NCBI GenBank assembly: GCA_040400605.1 | Contig: JBBAPZ010000007.1 | Coordinates: 95,729-159,728 of the forward strand | DNA length: 64,000 nt | Reading direction: 5' to 3' | Source: Candidatus Sericytochromatia bacterium | GTDB taxonomy: Bacteria; Cyanobacteriota; Sericytochromatia; S15B-MN24; JAQBPE01 | Shown: in pieces, positions 52,354 through 62,336 of the stretch | How positions within the stretch are numbered: position 1 is the stretch's first letter | Layout of the letters: each line of letters opens with the position of its first letter | Program-made: the position numbers and the translations under genes | Notes under the pieces: generated by a model | The model's database searches: none | What the model saw: only the letters and a program-made list of their open reading frames with translations | What the model was told of the DNA's origin: nothing

Positions 52354-54096
52354 TCATGGAAGCAAAAACTGCAACGGTGATCGGATCTCTGCAGTGGATG
52401 ATGAATCACCGCGCAAAGACGGAAACCGGGCACTCGACCCGGCATCAAACAAACTGAAACTGGACGGCCGCAAGGAAAGCCCACTCAGACTCCCATTCGT
52501 GAAAGTGGAAAAGGCAAAACCCGCCAACGTCGTTTGACCATTTTTGCCCTTCATATTCAAACGTCGGTAACGATAGGGATTTGCAGGCTCAGTGGATTCA
52601 TTGACGGAGCCATCCACCAAATTGGCGATGACCCAGTCGTGGAACACTGCATTGAAACTTGTGTTGCGGCGGGCCAAAATGGCTTCTACGTTACTCATGC
52701 CGAGTTTCGACGCTGTGACGATTTCCCGAATGATGCCTTCGCCAAACCGATCCGCCAGATACACCGTAAACAAATACACGGCACCATACGCCGAGGCATC
52801 CGGATTGCCCTCCCAATCGGTCAATGAATACTTCAAAAAATCACGTTGAAAGCGCTTCACGTGATTACCCAGTACAACGCCACCCTCTTGCAACCCATAA
52901 CCGTTCGCCTCGATGGCGTACATCGCCATGCCCTCATCCAGCCACAGGTCATCCCCTCGACGGTTGCGCGCGACCAAGGCTTTTTGATTGAAATTGATCA
53001 TGTGCTGGAACTCGTGTGCGATTGTTCCCAAAAAGTCCTCCGCCGCACCGCTCGTCACCACGCGACTATTGATTGAAATCAGTTCTTTGGCGTTGCTGGT
53101 CCGCAAAATAGGATGGCTGCCTTGCCTGGGAAAGACATCTTTCTGAGAAAAATAGCCCAGCGTTGTGGAACGACCATAGTCACCCACAGCCGGCGAAATC
53201 AAAATGAAGATTTTCGGATCGCCATCAACGCCCGGGTTGGGCTCGTCGCCGAAAATGCGCGTATTGGTGGGATAAATCTGTTGATCAAAGGTGTCGGCGA
53301 TCAACTTGGCCTTCAGGCTCAAGCGACTCGTCTGCAAAGCAGACCCCAACAACGCTTTATCCATAAACACATAACAGTGCTCACCAACTGTCAATGCCCT
53401 CGCTGTGATGATTTCCGTACTATCCACCGGGCTTTCCGTTTCAGTGGTCACAAAAAATTCAGTCTCGCTGCCAAGGTCGAAGCCACCTGTCGACTGCGCA
53501 AGACGATAAGCGCCCAAAGCATCGGCAACCGGCCAGACCTGCTGCGTCTGCCAATGTTGAAACGACGTGTGCTCGTCCCTTGCACCTACGGCTCGCAAGT
53601 CATAACGCTCAGACGTTTCCGCGTAGCCCCCCACACTCAAATCAATCCGCGCCCCCTTGGCGCCATCAGCATGACTGGCGACCAAGAAACGCCGAGTACC
53701 CGCAGACACCCCGGCTTCGGCATCCGCAAGCAGCTCAATCGACTGTATCCAGGTCGGCCCCGCAGCCACAACAGGCGCCACCGTGACAGTGGGCACCGGT
53801 GAAGGCCTCACCCTCGGTGATGGTGCAAGTGGCGACGGCGACACCCCGCCTACATCAACCGAGGGCGTCTGGATAATGAATTTGCCGGATACAGGCGATG
53901 CCCCAAGCGGCGCCGAGGCGCCTGGCGTGGCACTGGATCGCATCGGTGATGCACTGGCACGCAAGCGACCCATCAGAACCACGCCCTGAACCTCATTGGT
54001 CGGCGCAGCCAAACAGCCCCACAGCACGTTGGCGACAAGCAAACCGGTGATCCCATAACGTGCGTAATGGCGTGTCAACGCAGTATCCTCACACAA
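52354..54096 (-). CDS. Exported zinc metallopeptidase (M30/hyicolysin-like)
   Basis: DVDG/GDPKI-type motif, AHEFQHMI, WLDEG; LWGC lipobox-like site; Pro/Ser linker. Confidence 0.82.
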   Translation of the reverse strand: MCEDTALTRHYARYGITGLLVANVLWGCLAAPTNEVQGVVLMGRLRASASPMRSSATPGASAPLGASPVSGKFIIQTPSVDVGGVSPSPLAPSPRVRPSPVPTVTVAPVVAAGPTWIQSIELLADAEAGVSAGTRRFLVASHADGAKGARIDLSVGGYAETSERYDLRAVGARDEHTSFQHWQTQQVWPVADALGAYRLAQSTGGFDLGSETEFFVTTETESPVDSTEIITARALTVGEHCYVFMDKALLGSALQTSRLSLKAKLIADTFDQQIYPTNTRIFGDEPNPGVDGDPKIFILISPAVGDYGRSTTLGYFSQKDVFPRQGSHPILRTSNAKELISINSRVVTSGAAEDFLGTIAHEFQHMINFNQKALVARNRRGDDLWLDEGMAMYAIEANGYGLQEGGVVLGNHVKRFQRDFLKYSLTDWEGNPDASAYGAVYLFTVYLADRFGEGIIREIVTASKLGMSNVEAILARRNTSFNAVFHDWVIANLVDGSVNESTEPANPYRYRRLNMKGKNGQTTLAGFAFSTFTNGSLSGLSLRPSSFSLFDAGSSARFPSLRGDSSSTAEIRSPLQFLLP

Positions 54097-54825
54097 TATG
54101 CCTGTTATGTACCCTGAAAAGGGAAGTTTTCAACGCCCTTTCAGGCAAACGGTTCCAAATCTGCAACTCTCCGCTCGCCTGAACGGACTGTCTTGTCACG
54201 GTAGTAGCCCAAAACCCAAACAGCAATCATTAGCGCTCCCAAAGGTACCTTTCACAAGTCCATTCCATCAGTCTTCCGGGATTACGACTGCTGGTCTTTG
54301 AGCGCCCCAAGCAATTGCCACACGAATTATCGCTGCAACAGAGCATTTTCTTTCCGACAAAATTACTACCCCTCAATGAAAGACGGCAGATGAGGCGCGT
54401 TACCGCAGCCCAATAGTTGATGGACCGATTTCGGTTGGAGCCAAATCCGTGGCGTCGTGTTTCTGAGGCGCTGATGTTGGCTCCAGGGATTTTGATCGGC
54501 AGCTTGGGCGTTCTTGGCGGTTGTGGAACAAAACTTTTGGAAAGGGTTGCACGACGCGATGGGACTGTCCTGAGTCGACACCAAGCGCATCAACGGTTAC
54601 GCTTGGCCATGACGTCGCATTGGTCAAATGGTAGGATGGGGCCGTGTGCAAACCGGTTGACGTGCCAAGTACCCCGGCATTGTTTCATCCGACCACGCGC
54701 GATGTTGAATCGATGTTTAAAGTGACGTTGATGACAGCCCTCGGACGGCGCCAGTCACGTTGTTCTCAGCGCGGGTTGGCTTCCGGACAGTCGTATACCC
54801 GATATGCCGAGAAGGGAGTGAAGAC

Positions 54826-55425
54826 GTGGTGGGTTCAGAAGGCGCTTCAGTGGAGCCTTTGCAACAGTGGGCCATTGCGTGTGGCAACTGGGCTGGACCG
54901 GCGGCACCATCCGGACGTCTGGCTGTGTTGGCCTGTACTGCGGCGGCTGGTGTGGCACTTTTCGAACGGGCATTGTGCAGCCCTGCACACGGCGCTTTGC
55001 GCACCCGGCAGGAAGAAAATCGCGCGTTGCTCGGCGCCATCCGGCAGCGTCTGTCATCATTGGCCTTGCAGGCGCAAAAACACGGAAACACGTCTTCTCA
55101 GGGAGTAAAGGTTGATGTGTCGAGCTATCGGGATGTCCGCCGACTACTGGATTTGTGCATTCAGGCGATGACTGTGGGCCCGGAAGTGTGGGAAAACAGT
55201 GACAGCGCTGCGTGGGCGGACGTTGAGGTGGGATGGCGATTGCAAGCCTCAGTGATGGAAGCGGCGCTGGCATTGGCGCAGCGCGCGCTGGCAGCATTGC
55301 CTCAATCGTTTCAACAGTCGGAACAAGCGACGCTCACGGTACAAGGTCGTCAAGCCCGAGACCTCCATCGATTGGCAGCCGGAGAAATGTCGTGGCGCGG
55401 GGAGGGTAGTCGTGTCGACAAATGA
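54826..55425 (+). CDS. Divergent cyclodeaminase/cyclohydrolase (FTCD_C-like) protein
   Basis: Helical pattern aligns by eye with FTCD_C (AWADVEVGWRL vs AISDAGVAALL); overlaps the purU start. Confidence 0.55.
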   Translation: MVGSEGASVEPLQQWAIACGNWAGPAAPSGRLAVLACTAAAGVALFERALCSPAHGALRTRQEENRALLGAIRQRLSSLALQAQKHGNTSSQGVKVDVSSYRDVRRLLDLCIQAMTVGPEVWENSDSAAWADVEVGWRLQASVMEAALALAQRALAALPQSFQQSEQATLTVQGRQARDLHRLAAGEMSWRGEGSRVDK

Positions 55426-56269
55426 AGCCGTTTTGTGCGTGGATGCGCCGGATCGCAAAGGCTTGGTCGCAGCGATCGCGGGTTTCTTGTCCCAGCACGA
55501 CGCGAACATTGTGGCATTCGATGAACACGTGAGTCCAACCGAGGCACGTTTTTTCGCCCGGGTGGTCTTTGAAATGGACGGATTGGTGATTGGCCGCGAC
55601 GAGATCGAACCCGCGTTCGCGCCGCTTGCCAGGCGTTACGAGATGAATTGGGCCCTGCACTTTTCAGATTCTCCAGTTCGTGTCGGGCTACTCGTGTCCC
55701 GTCACGAACACTGCCTCTACGACCTCCTGTGGCGCCACCGCGCAGGTGAGTTACCGATTCAGATTCCCATCGTCTTGAGCAATCATGCCGAGCTGGCTGA
55801 GGTGGCCAAGTTCTTTGACATACCCTTCGAATACTGTCCGATTCTTGAAGGCGACAAAGATGCGCAAGAGCGCGTGATGTTGAACCATCTTCGTCAACAT
55901 GACGTTCATTTGGTAGTACTGGCGCGTTATATGCAGATTTTGGGTCCGCAGTTTCTGCATCACTATCATCAACGCGTCATCAACATTCACCACAGTTTTT
56001 TGCCCGCCTTTATTGGTGGCCGTCCTTATCACCAGGCCTATGAACGCGGGGTGAAGCTCATAGGCGCCACGGCACATTATGCAACCGACGATCTCGATGA
56101 AGGCCCGATCATCGAACAGGACGTTTGCCGCGTCACCCACAGTGATGGGGTTGAAACGCTCGTTCGAATCGGGCGCGACATTGAACGCACCGTCTTGGCA
56201 CGCGCCGTCCGCATGCACGCAGAACACCGGGTGATTGTCCACGGACGACGAACAATCGTTTTTGCCTGA
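55412..56269 (+). CDS. purU: Formyltetrahydrofolate deformylase
   Basis: ACT domain PDRKGLVAAI, HCLYDLL, LARYMQ, INIHHSFLP, LDEGPII. Confidence 0.96.
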   Translation: MSTNEAVLCVDAPDRKGLVAAIAGFLSQHDANIVAFDEHVSPTEARFFARVVFEMDGLVIGRDEIEPAFAPLARRYEMNWALHFSDSPVRVGLLVSRHEHCLYDLLWRHRAGELPIQIPIVLSNHAELAEVAKFFDIPFEYCPILEGDKDAQERVMLNHLRQHDVHLVVLARYMQILGPQFLHHYHQRVINIHHSFLPAFIGGRPYHQAYERGVKLIGATAHYATDDLDEGPIIEQDVCRVTHSDGVETLVRIGRDIERTVLARAVRMHAEHRVIVHGRRTIVFA

Positions 56270-56342
56270 GCAAAACCTAAACCTGCGCCCAACACCCCGC
56301 ACCAAAAATTTTGTTGCTGAACACAGTAGACAAGTTTAAAAT

Positions 56343-56380
56343 TTAAGGTTATATTAAGGTTGTTATCGATTGCTTAACCT
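56343..56380. promoter_or_regulatory. TTAAGGTT direct repeat (11-bp period) plus CTTAACCT upstream of gshA
   Basis: TTAAGGTTATA-TTAAGGTTGTT...CTTAACCT. Confidence 0.6.
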
Positions 56381-56426
56381 TTTATATCCGATTGCTTTGC
56401 AGGTTTGAATGTCGATTGGAGGCATC

Positions 56427-57551
56427 ATGCTGTCACCGCTCAAAAAGGGAATCGAAGTCGAGGTTTTCCTCGGCACGCGTGCCGGACAGGCCCGGGCATT
56501 GTCGCCCTCGGTGGTCGAGCATGTCGAGGGATTTGTTTTTGAGTCTGATGCACGTCATGTTGAGTATGTGACAGCGCCTTTCGTTGAGTATCGGGATCTT
56601 GAGCAGGCGCTGATGCAACCCCGTTTGCGTTTGCGTGATTATTTGGATTCGTTGGGGTCATTGACCATTTTACCTGGGAGCACCTTGGCTTTGCCGTTTG
56701 ATTCGGCGTTTCATCCTTCGTTGCCAAATAATGCGTATTATCAGTGGGTCGGATCTCATTTCGGAACCCAGATCCTGACCAGTGGTGTACACATCAGTCT
56801 CGGCCTGGATGATCCAGACGAGATTGTGCGTGTGACAAACTGGTTGCGGATGGATATGCCGTTGTTTTTGGCGCTGACCGCTTCATCGCCGTATCGAAAT
56901 GGTGTGGCAACGGGGTACCATTCATCCCGATGGGTTGAATTTCCACAGGCGCCACGGGAACTTGAGTTTTTTGACGACCACGCGCATTTCGTACGGTTCG
57001 TTGAAGGGTGCCTGGCCAGTGGTGAGATGCGCAGTGTTCGCCACATGTGGAGTGCGGTGCGGCCAAACGGTGACCAGCGGCCGTACGATTTGAATCGCAT
57101 TGAGACCAGAATTTGTGATCTGGCGTTTGATCCGCAGTTACTGTTGGCAATTACGGCTTTACTTGAGGCACGTATTTGGCATTTGCGCCTCAAAACGGGT
57201 AAGCCCGAGCATCAGATGATGGCTGTGGTGCTTGAAAATGAAAGGCGGGTAGCCAAAGATAGTTTGGGAGCAACGGTTTGGCACTATGGTCAGGAGACAC
57301 CGGTTCGTCTGGCTTTGTTGCGTTTGATGCGCGAGGTTGAGGGTATCATGCGCACCTTGGGTACGGAGCACTACCTGGCTGTCATTGAGGATGTTTTGAT
57401 CCGGGGCAATGAAGCGATGCGTTTGATTGAGCGAGTGGAAGCGCTTGGGAGCCTGGAAGCGGCGGTTCAAGAGCAGATCGATGAGGCTGAGGCGATTGAT
57501 CGCCGTTGGGCAGTGCGTGACGGAGCGCCACTGTCAAGTCTGATGGTTTGA
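56427..57551 (+). CDS. gshA: Glutamate-cysteine ligase, cyanobacterial type
   Basis: KGIEVEV, PGSTL, ALTASSP, TGYHSSRW..FP, VRHMWSAVRPNG..RPYDLNRIE.RICD. Confidence 0.88.
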   Translation: MLSPLKKGIEVEVFLGTRAGQARALSPSVVEHVEGFVFESDARHVEYVTAPFVEYRDLEQALMQPRLRLRDYLDSLGSLTILPGSTLALPFDSAFHPSLPNNAYYQWVGSHFGTQILTSGVHISLGLDDPDEIVRVTNWLRMDMPLFLALTASSPYRNGVATGYHSSRWVEFPQAPRELEFFDDHAHFVRFVEGCLASGEMRSVRHMWSAVRPNGDQRPYDLNRIETRICDLAFDPQLLLAITALLEARIWHLRLKTGKPEHQMMAVVLENERRVAKDSLGATVWHYGQETPVRLALLRLMREVEGIMRTLGTEHYLAVIEDVLIRGNEAMRLIERVEALGSLEAAVQEQIDEAEAIDRRWAVRDGAPLSSLMV

Positions 57552-57928
57552 GTTTTGGAGCGTTAAACGTATCAAAACCGTTGAAAGCGTGCTTACCGAG
57601 TGTATGTTTGCGCTAGGTGTAAGCGATTTTCCTGATTGTCTCGGCATGTCAAGACAGCGAAAACAACTGCAACACGGTTGAAGCATACACGCATTGCAAA
57701 CCGATAAGGCCCGTTCTGTCGAACGGCACGTGTGAATCGACAAAGCAAAGAACCGGTATCAGCAGTCTCTGGCGCGGCCCATGTCAGAGACTGTCTGACT
57801 TGGGCCGCGCCAGCTTGTGATACAAGGATGTTGATTCGACAACGCATTAAATTTTTGTTATCATGACACAATCGGTATTAAAGGAGAGCGTGACCAAACA
57901 GGGTTCTGATATTTGTGAGGAGCGCATC

Positions 57929-58198
57929 ATGGCGATGTACATCGGTAAAAACTGGGATGATGTCACCCGAGAGTTGATTCGGCGGGCTTGTCTGGCTGAT
58001 AAACTGCCAGACGGTGCTGAATTTCAACTGCGCCAGTTTTTAGAGGATGGCATTGTCGTCATCGCGTATCAGCGCAATGGTTCCAGCCGGGGCACCCGTG
58101 GTGGCACAACAGCATTTTACGAAGTACGCTTAGCGGATTGTGACATTGCGGTGCGTCAACTGACCAACTTGGGTCCAATCGGGGCGACAGCAGTATAA
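57929..58198 (+). CDS. Small hypothetical protein
   Basis: GAGGAG RBS before ATG; 89 aa with globular composition. Confidence 0.65.
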   Translation: MAMYIGKNWDDVTRELIRRACLADKLPDGAEFQLRQFLEDGIVVIAYQRNGSSRGTRGGTTAFYEVRLADCDIAVRQLTNLGPIGATAV

Positions 58199-58524
58199 CA
58201 GTTCAGTTCAGGCGTTCATTTGGAATGCCGTTCGGAATCGACGCGTAGTCGAATCAGATCTGCCAGGGCTGAATCTCGTCAGGATGGGGCATTTCTTCAT
58301 CGGCCGTTTCAAATTTGATTCGAAGAATCGTGTTGCAATCGTCGTTGTGCAAGAGATGCGACACAATTCTTCCTGATGGGCGCGAAGCGCCTAGCTTAAC
58401 TGCTTCCGATTATCGGATGATCGCTAAAATAGTTGGTGACCTGCGACCGGCAATACCGAGGGCCGAAACTGGCCGGTCACGTCCGTGAAGCGGGATCCAT
58501 TTCGTATCAAGAAAAACAAACGTG

Positions 58525-58824
58525 TCACTGCAGACTCAGACCGCTCTTGTTGTCCAAATTTTGTGGGGATAAGTGGAGACTTTCGTGGGCGTCGCTTAAC
58601 GACCTCCCATTGCTCCCCGAAGTTGACCCATTATCACGCCGCCTACCCGCGCCAAATTTTAGCGAATGCCCTCCCGACCCGGGTGCACGAAAAAAGAACC
58701 CGCCTGCAACAAGCTCCCCTGAGGGCTGGTTCGGTAACGTAGCCGTGCCAGCCTCGGCCGGTGGCACCGCTTGTTGGACCGTGGGCAAAACTGAAACACT
58801 TGAGGTGCTGACTGAAAAACTCAC
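58525..58824 (-). CDS. Possible small Ser/Gly-rich disordered protein
   Basis: GGAGG RBS 6 nt before GTG; only plausible ORF in a 1.2-kb gap. Confidence 0.45.
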   Translation of the reverse strand: MSFSVSTSSVSVLPTVQQAVPPAEAGTATLPNQPSGELVAGGFFFRAPGSGGHSLKFGAGRRRDNGSTSGSNGRSLSDAHESLHLSPQNLDNKSGLSLQ

Positions 58825-59428
58825 GATGACCTCCGCGCTAACTGTTAGTTAGGTGTTACATTGTTACCTAACGAATGTTTGTGAGAAAGCTTGCGTAAAT
58901 GTGGCAATCTTTTTCGGAAATCTGTAAATTTACCGTCTCAATGCGTGACACGTGTCGATGTCAACCTGGGTTTCACAGATAACCATGGAACGCTCTTATA
59001 CCAAAGTTAACGGAAATGAATAAACCCGACCGGAGTCATGACGCGCGAGTGGCTTGATTTGCAGAGATCCAGTTGATTGCCACCATATGACCGGCGCTGA
59101 CAACGGTCTGATCTGTTTGAAGCGAAAACAGGGACAAGTGAACAGGAAGCGGTCAGGCAAGCGACTGTAATACCGTTCAACAGTTCGTGAAATGAAAAAT
59201 GATCGACCATCGATACGATACTTGTCTGGGCATCATTCGTCTTAAAACCAAAGTAACTCATTCCGTGGAGCGCATGTTCATTGTTGATAACACGATGATC
59301 TGATTTCGACATTTCTGTGCCGTGAACTGTTGAAAGCCCGCTCAATCAAACCCGGTGCACGCCGCTCAGGCTGATACGGTGAAAAGTCCAAGCGCGTGAT
59401 GGAGTCAGTGGCTGGACCAGAAGACCGA

Positions 59429-60583
59429 TTAATCCTCCGCTCGATTGTCATCGTCGCCGATCACCATCTTTTCTGGCATGCGATCCAGTTTGAACTCAAA
59501 CGTGCGCTCTTGTCCCTGACGGCTGACCACTAACTTCACAGTCTGTCCAATCGCAATTTTTGAAACCGTCCGAACCAACTCCGCAGGCGTATTCAGTTTG
59601 GTGTCATTCAGCATCAAGATGATGTCACCGGAACGCAAACCGGCACGCGCCGAAGGGCTATTGGGCTCTACTCGCCCCACCAAGACACCGTATTGGGTGG
59701 GGTAGAACATGCCGGAGCGATCATCCGGCAAAGGCGCAACGGCGACCCCAAGCCAAGGACGCTCAACCTTGCCACGCGCTTCAAGCTGCGGCAAGACCAT
59801 CTTGAGCGTATCGACCGGGATGGCAAAGCCGATGCCTTGTCCGCGAGCTGCCACCGCGGTGTTGACGCCAATCACCTCGCCTCGCAAATTCAGCAACGGA
59901 CCACCGGAGTTACCCGGATTGATGGGCGCGTCGGTCTGTAAAAAGCCCACGCGCGCATTCAGACCGATGTCACGGTTGATCGCCGACAAAATGCCGCTTG
60001 TCACAGTCTGTGAAAGGCCCAATGGCGACCCGACTGCAACCACATACTGCCCCACCCGCAAACTGCTTGGCTCAGCCAGCTTAAGGGTGGGCAAGCCTTT
60101 CGCGCCGACTCGCACCAACGCCAAATCGGTGCCCGGGTCCTGTCCGACAACTTTGCCAGCCAATTTTTTGCCGTCCGAAAACGTCACGGTCAATTTATCT
60201 GCGTTCCGAACGACGTGGTAGTTGGTGACAATGAGCCCATCCGCTTCCAGAACAAAACCGGAGCCGACACCTTTTTCTTCGCGCTCTTGCGGCACCGGCA
60301 TCCGATCATCGAAAAACTGGCGGAACAGATCGATTTGCGACGGCACGACGCGACGGTGTGATACCGTGTCAATGTTGACCACAGCCACCTTGACCGCCTC
60401 AACAAGATCAGCGACACCATCCGAACCAGGCAAGGCGGGCACACGAATTTCACGTGCTGCGGCAGGCGCCACGCCAATCGGTGTCGGCGCGGAATTCGGC
60501 CCGAACCAATGAGACCCGGCCGCTCCGCCTGCAACACCCAAGCCAACCGTCATCAATGTTGTGAATATCGGTCGCAACGACAA
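59429..60583 (-). CDS. htrA: HtrA/DegP family serine protease with a single PDZ domain
   Basis: GSGF, TNYHVV, DLAL, INPGNSGGPL, C-terminal PDZ. Confidence 0.93.
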   Translation of the reverse strand: MSLRPIFTTLMTVGLGVAGGAAGSHWFGPNSAPTPIGVAPAAAREIRVPALPGSDGVADLVEAVKVAVVNIDTVSHRRVVPSQIDLFRQFFDDRMPVPQEREEKGVGSGFVLEADGLIVTNYHVVRNADKLTVTFSDGKKLAGKVVGQDPGTDLALVRVGAKGLPTLKLAEPSSLRVGQYVVAVGSPLGLSQTVTSGILSAINRDIGLNARVGFLQTDAPINPGNSGGPLLNLRGEVIGVNTAVAARGQGIGFAIPVDTLKMVLPQLEARGKVERPWLGVAVAPLPDDRSGMFYPTQYGVLVGRVEPNSPSARAGLRSGDIILMLNDTKLNTPAELVRTVSKIAIGQTVKLVVSRQGQERTFEFKLDRMPEKMVIGDDDNRAED

Positions 60584-60837
60584 AGCAACGCTCCCTCCGC
60601 AACAGAACCAGCGGGCATGAACTAAACAAATGTCAGCTGCCCTGAGCGAACCTGATAGTGGTTATTTTAGCGAAGACATTGTCACGACACAAGGCTCTGC
60701 AAAGACAAGCCCTTCGGCCCGCAGTTGTCGGTCGCGAGCCTGGCAAACTGCGGTGGTCGACAAACCCGGAATGAATTGACCGAGCGGTCTGGCTGTGATA
60801 CTTAATGAACGCCAAGCAGTCGAAACAAAGGGGTGTT

Positions 60838-61950
60838 ATGGGACAGGACAATCTCACCACGGTGTTGGCGAAGACCCCTTTGTATGGTGCTCACGTGGTT
60901 GCCGGGGCTCGCATGGTTGAATTTGGTGGCTGGACGATGCCACTGCAATACACGGGTATTTTGGCTGAGCACCAGGCAGTGCGGCAGGCGGCCGGATTGT
61001 TCGATGTGTCGCACATGGGTGAATTCGAAGTGACAGGGCCAAATGCCGGCGTGTTTTTGCAGGGTTTGGTGCCAAATGATGTGTTGGCGCTCAAGCCGAG
61101 GCAGGCACTTTATACCCAGTTCACACGTCCTGATGGGGGCACGGTGGATGACCTGTTGATTTATCGGGTGGAAGCCGGTTACTGGTTGGTGGTTAACGCG
61201 GCGAACATACGCAAAGACTGGGATTGGCTGCATGAGCACCGCATTGATGGGGTGTCGTTGCGTGATTGCTCTGAGGAATGGGCTTTATTGGCATTGCAGG
61301 GGCCAAAAGCCGAAGCGATTCTGACGGCACTCTGGGCAGGCGATATGACACCTGCGTCGTTGCAGTCATTTTATTGGATGGATGGCTCGCTGTCCGGAAT
61401 TCCGGTGCGCGTGGGGCGTACTGGCTATACAGGTGAAGACGGTTTCGAAATTTTTTGCAGGGTTGCGGCTGCGCCTGATGTTTGGAATGCCTTGCTTGAG
61501 GCAGGCAAGGGACACGGGTTGCAATTGGCTGGTTTGGGTGCTCGCGACACGTTGCGTCTGGAGGCGGGTTTGCCGCTTTATGGGCATGAGTTGCAAGATG
61601 GGATTACCCCCGTTGAGGCGGGGCTTGGATGGAGCGTCAAGCAAAAACCTGAGCCTTATCTGGGTTCGGAGGTGCTGCAGTCTCAGAAAAAGGGTGGGGC
61701 AAGTCGCCGAGTGGTCGGGTTACGGCTTGAAGGGCCTGGGATCGCGCGCGAGGGTTATCCGGTTTGGTTTGGGGACAAAGAGGTGGGGCAAGTGCTGTCG
61801 GGGACTTTTTCCCCGACGCTCGGTGGTCCGATCGCAACGGCATTGGTCTGGGGCGATGGTTCCACCGCGACGCATCTTGATGTACAGATTCGCAGGCAAC
61901 GGTGTCTGGCTCGTGTGGTGTCGTTGCCATTTTATCGGAGGTCAAAATGA
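60838..61950 (+). CDS. gcvT: Glycine cleavage aminomethyltransferase T
   Basis: FDVSHMG, RTGYTGEDGFE, GARDTLRLEAG. Confidence 0.97.
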   Translation: MGQDNLTTVLAKTPLYGAHVVAGARMVEFGGWTMPLQYTGILAEHQAVRQAAGLFDVSHMGEFEVTGPNAGVFLQGLVPNDVLALKPRQALYTQFTRPDGGTVDDLLIYRVEAGYWLVVNAANIRKDWDWLHEHRIDGVSLRDCSEEWALLALQGPKAEAILTALWAGDMTPASLQSFYWMDGSLSGIPVRVGRTGYTGEDGFEIFCRVAAAPDVWNALLEAGKGHGLQLAGLGARDTLRLEAGLPLYGHELQDGITPVEAGLGWSVKQKPEPYLGSEVLQSQKKGGASRRVVGLRLEGPGIAREGYPVWFGDKEVGQVLSGTFSPTLGGPIATALVWGDGSTATHLDVQIRRQRCLARVVSLPFYRRSK

Positions 61951-62336
61951 GTGTGATGCAAGGCGCGCGGTACACCCAATCGCATGAATACGTGGTCAAG
62001 GCGGGTGATGACGTCATGGTTGGCATTACCCCTTATGCGGCAGCCCAATTGGGGGATGTTGTGTTTGTTGAGTTGCCTGCGATTGGTACCAGGCTGTCGA
62101 AGGGGCAATCCTTTGGTGTTGTTGAATCGGTGAAAGCCGTGTCGGACCTTTATGCGCCCATCGATGGCGAAGTCGTCGCGGTGAATGAGGCGGTCGTTGA
62201 AGAACCTGCGTTGATTGGCGAAGATGCGCAAGGTCGTGGTTGGATGCTGCGCGTGCGCCCTGCGGATTGGGGACAGTTGGAAGCGTCTGAGTTGATGAGC
62301 GCTGACCAGTATGAAAGTTTTGCGGGGGAGCATTGA
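61947..62336 (+). CDS. gcvH: Glycine cleavage H protein
   Basis: LGDVVFVELP, VESVKAVSD (lipoyl Lys). Confidence 0.97.
   Translation: MSVMQGARYTQSHEYVVKAGDDVMVGITPYAAAQLGDVVFVELPAIGTRLSKGQSFGVVESVKAVSDLYAPIDGEVVAVNEAVVEEPALIGEDAQGRGWMLRVRPADWGQLEASELMSADQYESFAGEH

Noticed and set aside
54417..54725. 102-aa ORF with an LGGC lipobox-like site
   Set aside because: Arg/Cys-rich non-globular remainder and weak start context; unsupported
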